From positions 21,107 to 85,106 of the forward strand of contig JBAYHR010000001.1 of the NCBI GenBank assembly GCA_041666045.1: 64,000 nucleotides of DNA, given 5' to 3'. This DNA is from Minisyncoccota bacterium. GTDB lineage: Bacteria > Patescibacteriota > Minisyncoccia > Phycocordibacterales > UBA9973. This document shows positions 27,675 to 36,870 of the stretch, piece by piece. Numbering within the stretch: position 1 is the first letter of the stretch; each line of letters begins with the position of its first letter. A program made the translations under genes and the position numbers. Below the pieces are notes generated by a model. That model worked only from the letters and a program-made list of their open reading frames with translations. It was not told the DNA's origin and made no database searches.

Positions 27675-27747
27675 ACTTGTCCCGTTAGAAATTCGACTGA
27701 CGTGGAATAAGTATAAGAATTATTAATTTAAAATTTCTAATGGGATG
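27675..27747 (+). repeat. Leader-hairpin element, copy 4
   Basis: Starts after a 6-nt gap from TATAAT (27663-27668); ends on ATG 27745. Confidence 0.88.
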
Positions 27748-28209
27748 ACACAATTTTTTACACAAAATAGTGAAGTGATTATAAGATTAGCAGTAGCAAT
27801 TGGTTTAGGTATGTTGATTGGCGCTGAGCGTCTTTTAGTGCATAAAGAAGCTGGTATGAAAACGCACGCTCTTGTTTCTATGGGTTCAGCTCTTTTCATT
27901 ATTATTTCCGAATACTTAGCAATAAAATATTCAGGGTTGAGCGGTTTTAATCCTGCGATGATAGCGTCAAATATAATAGTTGGTATTGGATTTTTGGGAG
28001 CCGGTTCTATAATATTTCAAGGTTCTCGTTTAAGCGGGCTTACGACCGCTAGCGGTCTTTGGGTGACAGCTGGTATTGGTATGGCAGCTGGTTTTGGACT
28101 TCTTGGTCTCGCTGTTATTTCCACTGTTTTAGTGCTTCTTATTTTTATAATTATGAATATTTTTGAAAAGCCAATTAAAAGAATTTCTGGAGACGACTTA
28201 CATCAGTAA
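27745..28209 (+). CDS. MgtC/SapB family membrane protein
   Basis: IGAER...AGMKTH, GIGFLGAG, GLTTASGLW. Confidence 0.9.
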   Translation: MTQFFTQNSEVIIRLAVAIGLGMLIGAERLLVHKEAGMKTHALVSMGSALFIIISEYLAIKYSGLSGFNPAMIASNIIVGIGFLGAGSIIFQGSRLSGLTTASGLWVTAGIGMAAGFGLLGLAVISTVLVLLIFIIMNIFEKPIKRISGDDLHQ

Positions 28210-28229
28210 AATATTTAATTTCATATTGT

Positions 28230-29879
28230 ATGCAATCTAATGAAATAAGAGAGAAGTTTTTAAAATTTTTTGAATCAAAAGGACATAAAATAATGCCTTC
28301 TTCTTCGCTTGTTCCAGAGAATGATCCATCTGTGCTTTTTACGACGGCAGGGATGCAACAATTTAAAAAATATTATTTAGATCCAAGTTTAGCTGATAAA
28401 GAATTAGGAAGTAAAAATATCACAACAGTTCAAAAATGTGTTCGCACAGGAGATATTGATGAAGTTGGAGACAATACACACAATACTTTTTTTGAAATGC
28501 TCGGTAATTTTTCTTTTGGTGGATATGGAAGAAGAGAAGCTATTACATATGCATATGAATTTATTACAAAAGAAATGAATTTGGAAATTTCTTATGTGAC
28601 AGTTTATCAAGGGAGTGAAAATGTTCCAAAAGACGAAGAGTCAAAAAACATTTGGCAAGAACTTGGTTTGAAAGATATTAAAGAAGAAGGAGCTGATGTG
28701 TTTTGGGGTCCGACTGGAGATTCTGGTCCTTGTGGCCCAACGACTGAAATATATTGCAAAAATGCATCTGGTGAAGATGTAGAGATTTGGAATATAGTTT
28801 TTAATGAATATTTTTGTGATGGATCAAGAGAGCAATTAGATAAAGGTGAAGCAAAATTAGAAAAACTTTCAATTCTTGGAGTTGATACAGGAATGGGATT
28901 AGAAAGATTGGTTATGACAGTTCAAAAAAAAGAAAGTATATACAGTACAGATTTATTTAATAATGAAAAAACAAAAGAAGAAAGAATTATTGCGGATCAC
29001 ATTAGAGCATCTTTGTTTATGATTTCAGATGGAGTGTTGGCTTCAAATACAGGAAGAGGATATATTTTACGTCGTCTGATTCGTCGCGCTGTGAGATTTT
29101 CAAAAGATCCTAGTGAACTAGAAAAAATAATTGAAAGAAATAAAAAGCTTTATAATGGAGTTTATAAATTAGATGATAATGGTGAAATAAATAAAGAAGA
29201 AAATAAATTTAGAGAAACTTTAGAAAAGGGTATGAAAGAATTTGAAAAAGGGGTAGATCCATTTGTTCTTTTTACTACTTATGGTTTTCCAATAGAATTT
29301 ACATTAGAACTTGCAAAAGAAAATGGAATAAAGATAGATATCGAAGATTTTAATAAAAAAATGGAAGAACATCAAAAACTTTCTCAGACAGCTTCCGCTG
29401 GCATGTTTAAGGGAGGGCTTGCTAGTCATAGTGAAAAATCTACAAAACTTCATACAGCACATCATCTACTTTTAGCTGCTTTAAAGAATGTAGTTAGTCC
29501 TGAAATTAAACAAAAGGGAAGTAATATTACAGACGAGCGTTTGAGGATAGATTTTTCTTTTGATAGAAAATTAACAGATGAAGAAAAGAAAAAAGTGGAA
29601 GATTTAGTAAATGAAAAGATAAAAGCTGGTCTTGATGTTGTAAAAAAAGAAATGCCGTTAGAAGAAGCTAAGAAAATAGGGGCAGAAATGGAATTCGGAA
29701 CTAAATATCCTGATATTGTTTCTGTGTATATGGTGTTTGATAAAAATGGAGATGCTTTTTCTAAGGAATTTTGTGGTGGTCCACATGTTGCCAATACTAG
29801 TGAATTAGGAACTTTTAAAATACAAAAAGAAGAAGCAAGTTCTCAAGGTGTTCGCAGAATAAAAGCTATACTGATATAG
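28230..29879 (+). CDS. alaS: Alanine--tRNA ligase (short form)
   Basis: LFTTAGMQQFK, HNTFFEMLGNFS, DTGMGLER, HTAHHLL, EFCGGPHV. Confidence 0.93.
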   Translation: MQSNEIREKFLKFFESKGHKIMPSSSLVPENDPSVLFTTAGMQQFKKYYLDPSLADKELGSKNITTVQKCVRTGDIDEVGDNTHNTFFEMLGNFSFGGYGRREAITYAYEFITKEMNLEISYVTVYQGSENVPKDEESKNIWQELGLKDIKEEGADVFWGPTGDSGPCGPTTEIYCKNASGEDVEIWNIVFNEYFCDGSREQLDKGEAKLEKLSILGVDTGMGLERLVMTVQKKESIYSTDLFNNEKTKEERIIADHIRASLFMISDGVLASNTGRGYILRRLIRRAVRFSKDPSELEKIIERNKKLYNGVYKLDDNGEINKEENKFRETLEKGMKEFEKGVDPFVLFTTYGFPIEFTLELAKENGIKIDIEDFNKKMEEHQKLSQTASAGMFKGGLASHSEKSTKLHTAHHLLLAALKNVVSPEIKQKGSNITDERLRIDFSFDRKLTDEEKKKVEDLVNEKIKAGLDVVKKEMPLEEAKKIGAEMEFGTKYPDIVSVYMVFDKNGDAFSKEFCGGPHVANTSELGTFKIQKEEASSQGVRRIKAILI

Positions 29880-29903
29880 TTTTCTTTGTGATATAATTAA
29901 ATC

Positions 29904-31085
29904 ATGGGGATTTTTTCAAAAGATAAAAAGAAAAAAGATCTTACTCTAATATTTGATATTGGTTCATCTTCTGTTGGCGGAGCGCTTTGTTATATTGAAA
30001 ATTCTGGTACTCCAAAAATAATTTATTCTATTCGTGAGCCAATCTCAATTCAAAATGAAGTTAGTTTTGATACATTATTATCTTCAATAATGAAATCTCT
30101 TGATATTGTGGCAAATAAAATTTGTACGATGGGTTTTGGAAAACCCGATAAAATTTTTTGTTTTCTTTCGTCTTTATTATATGGTTCACAAACTAGAACC
30201 ATTAAATTAGAGAAAAATAATTCTTTTATTTTTACTTTAAAAATTGCTGATAGTCTTATTAAAAAAGAGATAAGTCTTTTTGAAGAAGAACGTTTAATAA
30301 AACATATTCATTCTAATGAGCAAATTAGACCGATTGAATTAAAAAATATGAAAACTATGCTCAATGGTTATGCCGTTGATAAACCTTTAGATAAAAAAAT
30401 TAAAGAAATTGAAATGAATGTTTTTATTTCAATGAGTTCAGATGAAATACTTAAAAAAATAGAATATACAATAGGTAAATATTTTAATCCTAAAGATATA
30501 AAATTTTCTTCTTTTCTGATGGCATTTTTTACTGTAATTCGTGATATGTTTGCATACCATGAAAGTTTCCTTTTAGTTGATATTGATGGGGAAATTACTG
30601 ATATTTCAATAATAAAAAATGATGTATTGTGTGAGTCAATTTCTTTTCCTAATGGACTTAATTTTATAACACGTGGAGTTGCAAATTTTTTAAATTTATC
30701 ACTAGATGAAGCAAAGTCGCTTATCTCTCTTTATAAAGATGATTATATGGAAGAGCAAATAAAAAAGAAATTTGATCCAGTGATAAATAAATTAAAAGAA
30801 GAATGGCTGAAAAAATTTCAAGAATCTTTATTTAATATTTCAAATAATATTTCTATTCCATTAAATATTTTTTTAATAAGCGATAAAGACTTTTTAGATT
30901 TTTTTACAAAAATAATTAAAACTGAAGAGTTTAATCAATATGCTTTAACTCAATCAAAATTCAAAATAACTTCTTTAAACACAAAAGAACTTCACGGCAT
31001 AGCAACTTTTAAGGAAAATATATATCGTGATCCTTTTCTTACTATTGAATCTATTTACATTAATCGTCTTTCTGATAAAATATAG
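29904..31085 (+). CDS. Actin-fold FtsA/PilM-like hypothetical protein
   Basis: IFDIGSSSV and LLVDIDGEITDI phosphate-loop-like motifs. Confidence 0.6.
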   Translation: MGIFSKDKKKKDLTLIFDIGSSSVGGALCYIENSGTPKIIYSIREPISIQNEVSFDTLLSSIMKSLDIVANKICTMGFGKPDKIFCFLSSLLYGSQTRTIKLEKNNSFIFTLKIADSLIKKEISLFEEERLIKHIHSNEQIRPIELKNMKTMLNGYAVDKPLDKKIKEIEMNVFISMSSDEILKKIEYTIGKYFNPKDIKFSSFLMAFFTVIRDMFAYHESFLLVDIDGEITDISIIKNDVLCESISFPNGLNFITRGVANFLNLSLDEAKSLISLYKDDYMEEQIKKKFDPVINKLKEEWLKKFQESLFNISNNISIPLNIFLISDKDFLDFFTKIIKTEEFNQYALTQSKFKITSLNTKELHGIATFKENIYRDPFLTIESIYINRLSDKI

Positions 31086-31087
31086 TT

Positions 31088-31160
31088 ACTTGTCCCGTTA
31101 GAAATTCGACTGACGGGCAATAAAGATAAAATTATTAATATTTAAATTTCTAATGGGATG
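31088..31160 (+). repeat. Leader-hairpin element, copy 5
   Basis: Starts after a 6-nt gap from TGaTAAAAT; first 28 nt identical to copy 4; ends on ATG 31158. Confidence 0.88.
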
Positions 31161-32444
31161 TCAAAAAATTTACTTCAAGATATAATAAAAGTTAAATATG
31201 TAAAAAAGGAGAAAGAGGAAGTTCCACAAAGGATTGAACGTCCGGAATCTCGTATTTTTTCTCGTCCAAAATTTTCTGAACCAGAATTTACTGAAGAAGA
31301 GGATAATAAAAAACCGCGTTATTCTTTATGGATTGTAGCTTTGGTTTCAATTGTATTTCTTTTTTTTGCAATTTCCTTTTTATTTTCTGGAGCAAAAATC
31401 ACAATTAATCCTAAAACAAAAGATATTTCTTTGAATCAAAACTTTTCTGCGGTGAAAGATTCTAACAATAGCGATACTTTATCTTTTGATTTAGTGGCTA
31501 TTTCTGGTGAAGAAAATAAGATAGTTCAAGTAGATGAAGAAAAAGATTTATTGGTAAAAGCAGAAGGTATTGTTGTAATTTATAATGCTTTTAATTCTTC
31601 TTCTCAAACTCTTGATATAGATACACGTTTAGAAGGATCAAATGGAAAAATTTACAAAACTAAAGAAAAGATAAAAGTTCCAGGCATGACAAAAGATGGT
31701 AAACCAGGTTCTGTTGAAGTTGGCATATATGGGGTAGAAGCTGGGGAAGAATACAATAGTACTCCGCTTGATTTTAAAATTTTTGGTTTTAAGGGAAGTT
31801 CTAAGTATGATAAGTTTTATGCAAGATCAAAGGGAGAAATAATTGGGGGTATTATTGGTAAATTTTATCAAATTTCTGATACTGAAAAAGTAGCAGTTGT
31901 GAATGAATTAAAAGATACACTTAAAACAAAACTTTTAGAAAAAATAAACGATCAAATTCCAAATGGCTTTGTATTATTTAAAGATGCTGTATTTCTTAAT
32001 ATAAATAATGAAAATCAAAGTTTTGTTTCTAAAGATAATCAAGTGCCTGTCAATATAAAAGGCACGCTTTACGGTTTTTTATTTAATGGAGAAAAATTAA
32101 CAAAGAAAATTATTGAAACTGATGTTGAAGATTATGATGGCAGTGATGTTTACATATCTAATCTTAGTAATTTAATATTTTCTATTTCAGGTGGAGAAAT
32201 TGCCTCATTTAAAGATGTAAAAAATATTGATTTTAATTTATCTGGTACTGCTAAAATCGTTTGGAATTTTGATGGAGAAAAACTTATTACAGATCTTTTA
32301 GGAAAGAAAAAGAAAGATTTTAATCAAATTTTAACGCTATATTCCAATATAGAGTCTGCAGATTTAGTAATTAAACCTGCTTGGAAAAATTCTTTTCCTG
32401 ATAAAAGTAAAGATATAAAAATTATAGTGAATTATCCTAATTAA
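31158..32444 (+). CDS. Single-TM hypothetical protein (baseplate-J-like extracellular region)
   Basis: TM then KAEGIVVIYN...DTRL...AGEEYN pattern. Confidence 0.55.
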   Translation: MSKNLLQDIIKVKYVKKEKEEVPQRIERPESRIFSRPKFSEPEFTEEEDNKKPRYSLWIVALVSIVFLFFAISFLFSGAKITINPKTKDISLNQNFSAVKDSNNSDTLSFDLVAISGEENKIVQVDEEKDLLVKAEGIVVIYNAFNSSSQTLDIDTRLEGSNGKIYKTKEKIKVPGMTKDGKPGSVEVGIYGVEAGEEYNSTPLDFKIFGFKGSSKYDKFYARSKGEIIGGIIGKFYQISDTEKVAVVNELKDTLKTKLLEKINDQIPNGFVLFKDAVFLNINNENQSFVSKDNQVPVNIKGTLYGFLFNGEKLTKKIIETDVEDYDGSDVYISNLSNLIFSISGGEIASFKDVKNIDFNLSGTAKIVWNFDGEKLITDLLGKKKKDFNQILTLYSNIESADLVIKPAWKNSFPDKSKDIKIIVNYPN

Positions 32445-32500
32445 TTTTCCACTTTTATATTTGACTTTATATTTAATTTTGTTAGAATTATTAAATCCAA

Positions 32501-32770
32501 ATGAGTGATCTGAAAAATGAAAAAATTTTAACAGCACATGGTTTTATAACTGAAGCCTTGCCCAGTACTTTGTTTAGAGTAAAGATATCTGCCCGAAATG
32601 CTTCGCATAGCGATGCAGGCGGGGAAGACAAAGTGGAAGGTGAGAAAGAAATCCTTGCTTACCTTTCAGGTAAAATGCGAATGCATAGGATTAAGGTTTT
32701 AATTGGAGATTCTGTTGAAGTGGTTTTAGATCCCTATGGTGGAAAAGGAAGAATAGTTAAAAGGTTGTAA
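32501..32770 (+). CDS. infA: Translation initiation factor IF-1 with in-frame insertion
   Basis: EALPSTLFRV...LAYLSGKMRMHRIKVLIGDSV...KGRIV. Confidence 0.93.
   Translation: MSDLKNEKILTAHGFITEALPSTLFRVKISARNASHSDAGGEDKVEGEKEILAYLSGKMRMHRIKVLIGDSVEVVLDPYGGKGRIVKRL
32589..32623 (+). repeat. ~36-bp palindromic element in infA (ARNASHSDAGG)
   Basis: Related copy in rpoA at 35238-35273. Confidence 0.8.
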
Positions 32771-32882
32771 TTTTTTTAATAATGGTGTATCATAGTAATT
32801 ACGGTTTTTAAAAAATGAAAAAGATTGAAAAATAAGGGTTTCCCCCTTGTTTTTATCTTGTTTTGAATAAAAATGTATTTTT

Positions 32883-32993
32883 ATGAAAATTAAATCAGCA
32901 GTAAAAAAAATTTGTGATAATTGTAAAATAGTAAAACGCCAAAGGCATTTGCGAGTAATTTGTTCTAACCCAAAACATAAGCAAAAACAATAA
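32883..32993 (+). CDS. rpmJ: 50S ribosomal protein L36 (not in ORF track)
   Basis: [36 protein letters not shown]. Confidence 0.95.
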   Translation: MKIKSAVKKICDNCKIVKRQRHLRVICSNPKHKQKQ

Positions 32994-32996
32994 TTT

Positions 32997-33377
32997 ATGA
33001 GAATTCTTGGAATAACAGTACCAAATGAAAAGAGACTTGAGATTGGATTAACATGCCTTTATGGTATTGGCGTTTCTTCTGCTCGTAAGATTTTAGATCA
33101 AGTTGGAATTGATCATGGTAAAAAAGCAAAAGATCTAACTGATGCTGAAGAAAATAAAATTCGTGCAATAGTTGAAGGAATGACGATAGAGGGAAATTTA
33201 AAAAGAGAAGTTTCTGCAAATATTAAAAGATTGAAAGATATAAAATCTCACAGAGGTGTTCGTCACATGAAGAGATTACCAGTAAGAGGTCAAAGAACTA
33301 AAACAAATTCAAGAACAGTTAGAGGAAATGTTAGAAAAACAATGGCATCAGGTAAAAGAAAAGAAAGTAAAACATAG
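32997..33377 (+). CDS. rpsM: 30S ribosomal protein S13
   Basis: YGIG, RLPVRGQRTKTNSRT. Confidence 0.97.
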   Translation: MRILGITVPNEKRLEIGLTCLYGIGVSSARKILDQVGIDHGKKAKDLTDAEENKIRAIVEGMTIEGNLKREVSANIKRLKDIKSHRGVRHMKRLPVRGQRTKTNSRTVRGNVRKTMASGKRKESKT

Positions 33378-33410
33378 TTCGACAAGCTCACTATAAATAA
33401 ATTAATTAAA

Positions 33411-33842
33411 ATGGGAAAAACAAAAATTACAACAGAATCAAATACAGAAACACCAAAAGAAGAAAAGGTGGTACAAACAAAAACTTCAAAGAAGAAAATA
33501 ATTTCCGGTGTTTTGCATGTTGATGCAACTTTTAATAATACCAAAGTTCTCTTTTCTGATAAATTAGGTAATTCATTATTTTGGTCAAGTTCCGGTTCTT
33601 TGGGTTTTAAGGGTGCAAAAAAAGGAACTCCATTTGCAGCATCTAAAGTTGGCGATATTATTGGAAGTAAAGCAGAAATACTTGGAGTAAAAGATTCAGA
33701 TGTTGTAGTACGAGGAGTTGGATCTGGACGTGAACCAGCAATTAGAGCATTTATGGCTCATGGCATAGAAATTACTTCTATCAAAGACGCTACACCAGTA
33801 CCACATAATGGACCAAAAGCTAAGAAGCCAAGACGTGTATAA
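33411..33842 (+). CDS. rpsK: 30S ribosomal protein S11
   Basis: ATFNNT, GFKGAKKGTPFAA, TPVPHNG. Confidence 0.97.
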   Translation: MGKTKITTESNTETPKEEKVVQTKTSKKKIISGVLHVDATFNNTKVLFSDKLGNSLFWSSSGSLGFKGAKKGTPFAASKVGDIIGSKAEILGVKDSDVVVRGVGSGREPAIRAFMAHGIEITSIKDATPVPHNGPKAKKPRRV

Positions 33843-33868
33843 AAGTTTACAAATAAAATAAATTAACA

Positions 33869-34474
33869 ATGATATCAAAACCAAAATTTAAAATTTGCAG
33901 AAGATTAGGACCAGGAGTTTATGACAAATGTCAAACTTCTAAGTTTTCTTCTGCTTCTGGAAAATTTGCTGGACCCGGAGCGCGTCGCCCAAAGGCTCTT
34001 TCTGAATATGGAGCTCAACTTGTTGAAAAACAGAAAATTCGTTTTTCTTATGGAATAACTGAACGTCAACTTTCAAATTATGTTAAAAAAGCTTCACATA
34101 TAAAAGGAGCTGGAACTGCAGAAAAATTTTATGAAGAACTTGAATCTCGTCTTGATAATGTAATTTATAGAATGGGACTTGGAAATAGCAGACGCGCAAC
34201 AAGACAAATGGTTTCCCATGGACATTTTATTGTTAATGATCACAAAGTTACTATTCCTTCATACGAAGTGAAAGTTGGGGATGTAATAAAAATACGTGAA
34301 GGATCTAAGACTAAGAAAATTTTTGAAAATTTAGTTGAGAAAGTTAAGGATTATAATCCTCCAGCATGGGTTTCATTTGATGCAGTTAAGATGGAGGGAA
34401 AAGTTTTAGCTAAACCAAAAAATACAGAGATATTTCTTGATTTGAATGCTGTGCTTGAGTTCTATAGTCGTTAA
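33869..34474 (+). CDS. rpsD: 30S ribosomal protein S4
   Basis: SEYGAQLVEKQK, LESRLDNVIYRMG, EFYSR. Confidence 0.97.
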   Translation: MISKPKFKICRRLGPGVYDKCQTSKFSSASGKFAGPGARRPKALSEYGAQLVEKQKIRFSYGITERQLSNYVKKASHIKGAGTAEKFYEELESRLDNVIYRMGLGNSRRATRQMVSHGHFIVNDHKVTIPSYEVKVGDVIKIREGSKTKKIFENLVEKVKDYNPPAWVSFDAVKMEGKVLAKPKNTEIFLDLNAVLEFYSR

Positions 34475-34526
34475 TTTTTTTTGAATTTGTTTTTATTATT
34501 AACTTTTAAAATTTTTATAAAAAAAT

Positions 34527-35516
34527 ATGCCTGAATATAAAATAATTATGCCTTCTAAACCACGTGTTGTTTTAGAAGAAGGAAATAAGGGAGTATTTGA
34601 AATAGACGGTTTGTATCCTGGATATGGCCATACGTTAGGAAATAGCTTAAGAAGAATTATTCTTTCTTCTTTGCCGGGCGCTAGTATTACATCTATAAAA
34701 ATTGATGGTGTTTCTCATGAATTTTCAACAATGGAAGGAGTTAAAGAAGATGTAATAGTAATAATTTTAAATTTGAAAAAAGCTCGTTTTAAAATGTTGT
34801 CTGATGAATCTCAGGTAGTTACTTTATCAATAAAAGGACCAAAAGATGTTACAGCTGGAGATATAAAGACTGGTGGACAAGTAGAAATTTTAAATCCAGA
34901 TCTTCACATAGCTTCTGTTACAGGTAAAGTTAATTTAAATATTGAAATGACAATAGAGAAAGGTTTAGGTTTCATTGCAAAAGAAGTTTTGCAAAAAGAA
35001 AAAGTAGACGTAGGCACAATTAATGTTGATGCTATTTTTACTCCTATTCGTAGAGTTTCTTATGAAGTAGAAAATATGCGTGTTGGTGACAAAACGAACC
35101 ATAATCGCTTAAGAATTTCTATTGAAACAGATGGAACGTTAACTCCTCGTGAGGCTCTTTCAAAATGTATTGAAATAATGATAAATCAACTTAAAGCTAT
35201 TATTGATTTTAAGGAACCAGAGGAAGAAATTAAAATACCTGCCCGCAATGCTTCGCATGGCGATGTAGGTGGGGAAAAGTCTGACTCTGAAGATAAAAAA
35301 GGAGATGATTTTACTGATGTATTAAAAACTAGAACAGATAGTCTAGATCTTTCTACAAGAACCTTAAATGCCTTAACTGCTGCAAATATCAGAACACTTG
35401 GAGGTCTTGCAAGAAAAAAGAGAGAAGATTTGCTTGAAGTAGAAGGTATTGGAGAAAAAGGAATAACAGAAATAAAGAAAGTATTAAGTAAATTTGGATT
35501 AAACCTTAAGGAATAA
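34527..35516 (+). CDS. rpoA: RNA polymerase alpha subunit with in-frame insertion in the NTD-CTD linker
   Basis: GYGHTLGNSLRRILLS-like motif, HEFST, DAIFTP, LSTRTLNAL. Confidence 0.97.
   Translation: MPEYKIIMPSKPRVVLEEGNKGVFEIDGLYPGYGHTLGNSLRRIILSSLPGASITSIKIDGVSHEFSTMEGVKEDVIVIILNLKKARFKMLSDESQVVTLSIKGPKDVTAGDIKTGGQVEILNPDLHIASVTGKVNLNIEMTIEKGLGFIAKEVLQKEKVDVGTINVDAIFTPIRRVSYEVENMRVGDKTNHNRLRISIETDGTLTPREALSKCIEIMINQLKAIIDFKEPEEEIKIPARNASHGDVGGEKSDSEDKKGDDFTDVLKTRTDSLDLSTRTLNALTAANIRTLGGLARKKREDLLEVEGIGEKGITEIKKVLSKFGLNLKE
35238..35273 (+). repeat. ~36-bp palindromic element in rpoA (PARNASHGDVGG)
   Basis: Related copy in infA. Confidence 0.8.
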
Positions 35517-35549
35517 ATTACTAGAATCTAGCAACTAGAACCTAATTAT

Positions 35550-35903
35550 ATGAGACACCATAATAGTAAAAGAAAATTTGGAAGAGAAAAAAATGAAAGA
35601 AAAGCCTTGCTTAATTCTTTGGCGCTTAATTTGATCATACGTGAAAAAATTAAAACAACAGAACCAAAAGCAAAAGAATTAAAACCTTTTATTGAAAAAC
35701 TTGTAACTCGTGCAAAAAAGGGAGATTTAGCTACACGTAGAACAGTTATATCCAAACTTTCAAATCGCAGTCGTGAAGTTAAAAAGCTCTTTGAGGTGAT
35801 AGCACCAAAGTATGCTGACAAAAAAGGAGGATATACAAGAGTTTTGAAATTAGGAGCAAGAAAGTCTGATGGAGCAAAGATGGCAATAATAGAATTTGTG
35901 TAA
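35550..35903 (+). CDS. rplQ: 50S ribosomal protein L17
   Basis: MRH...KIKTTEPKAKEL, GGYTRV. Confidence 0.97.
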   Translation: MRHHNSKRKFGREKNERKALLNSLALNLIIREKIKTTEPKAKELKPFIEKLVTRAKKGDLATRRTVISKLSNRSREVKKLFEVIAPKYADKKGGYTRVLKLGARKSDGAKMAIIEFV

Positions 35904-35933
35904 TTTTAATAAATGATTTAGTATCAAATATAT

Positions 35934-36290
35934 ATGAAAAAGACAGAAGACAAAGTAATAGATGCAAGTGGAAGAACTCTGGGAAGAGTGGCTAGTGAAG
36001 TAGCTACAATTTTGATGGGTAAAAATAAGCCTACATTCGAAAGACATGCTTATACCGGCTTTCCAGTTAAGGTTGTAAATGCTTCAAAACTTCGCATAAC
36101 AGCTAAAAAATTAGAAAGTATATATCACCAAAGATATTCAGGAATGAGAGGAGGTTTGCGTACTTTTAAAGGTACAGAAACAGCAGAAAAGAAAGGATTG
36201 AAAGAATTAATAAAACTTGCAACTTTCCAAATGCTTCCTGATAATAAAATAAGAAGAGAAATGATGAAGCATTTAAAAATAGAAGATTAA
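35934..36290 (+). CDS. rplM: 50S ribosomal protein L13 (short)
   Basis: IDASGRTLGRVAS, LMGKNKP, VVNA, MLP. Confidence 0.92.
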   Translation: MKKTEDKVIDASGRTLGRVASEVATILMGKNKPTFERHAYTGFPVKVVNASKLRITAKKLESIYHQRYSGMRGGLRTFKGTETAEKKGLKELIKLATFQMLPDNKIRREMMKHLKIED

Positions 36291-36307
36291 AATTTATTTA
36301 TATAATT

Positions 36308-36730
36308 ATGGCAGAAAAAAAATCAACAGAAAAATATATTGAGGCAATAGGTAGAAGAAAAACTTCAACTGCGAGAGTTCGTATTACTGAATCTTCAAAA
36401 GCAAGTTTTACTGTAAATGGTAAAGATGCAAAAGATTATTTTCAAACAGAAGATGAACGTCGTTTGATTCAAGATCCTATGGTTAAAGGTTTAACTACTG
36501 GTAAGACAGCTGTAAAATGGAGTATTGAAGTTAAAGTTTCTGGTGGAGGAATTCATTCTCAAGCAGAAGCTGTACGTCATGGACTTTCTCGTGCTTTAGT
36601 TGTGCATGATGCAGAACTTCGTGGAAAATTAAAAACATTAGGATTCTTAAAGCGTGATCCAAGATCAAAAGAACGTAGAAAATTTGGACTTAAGAAAGCA
36701 AGAAAGGCCCCACAATGGAGTAAACGATAA
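36308..36730 (+). CDS. rpsI: 30S ribosomal protein S9
   Basis: GRRKTS, GGGIHSQA, ERRKFGLKKARKAPQWSKR. Confidence 0.97.
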   Translation: MAEKKSTEKYIEAIGRRKTSTARVRITESSKASFTVNGKDAKDYFQTEDERRLIQDPMVKGLTTGKTAVKWSIEVKVSGGGIHSQAEAVRHGLSRALVVHDAELRGKLKTLGFLKRDPRSKERRKFGLKKARKAPQWSKR

Positions 36731-36818
36731 TTGATTATCGTTTACTGAGGTCCGCGAAGCGGAATTACCGATGTGAGTGTAAGCGAACAGGTAATAACGG
36801 GCCAAAACGTTAATTTCA

Positions 36819-36841
36819 AAAACCCCCGAAAGGGGGTTTTT
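36819..36841 (+). terminator. Intrinsic terminator
   Basis: aaaaccccc-gaaa-gggggttttt. Confidence 0.85.
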
Positions 36842-36870
36842 ATTTTATAAATTTGTGTTAAAATAAGTTC

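Noticed and set aside
31158-32444. Prophage suggested by a baseplate-J-like protein
   Set aside because: No other phage genes; it has a TM anchor and lies among housekeeping genes
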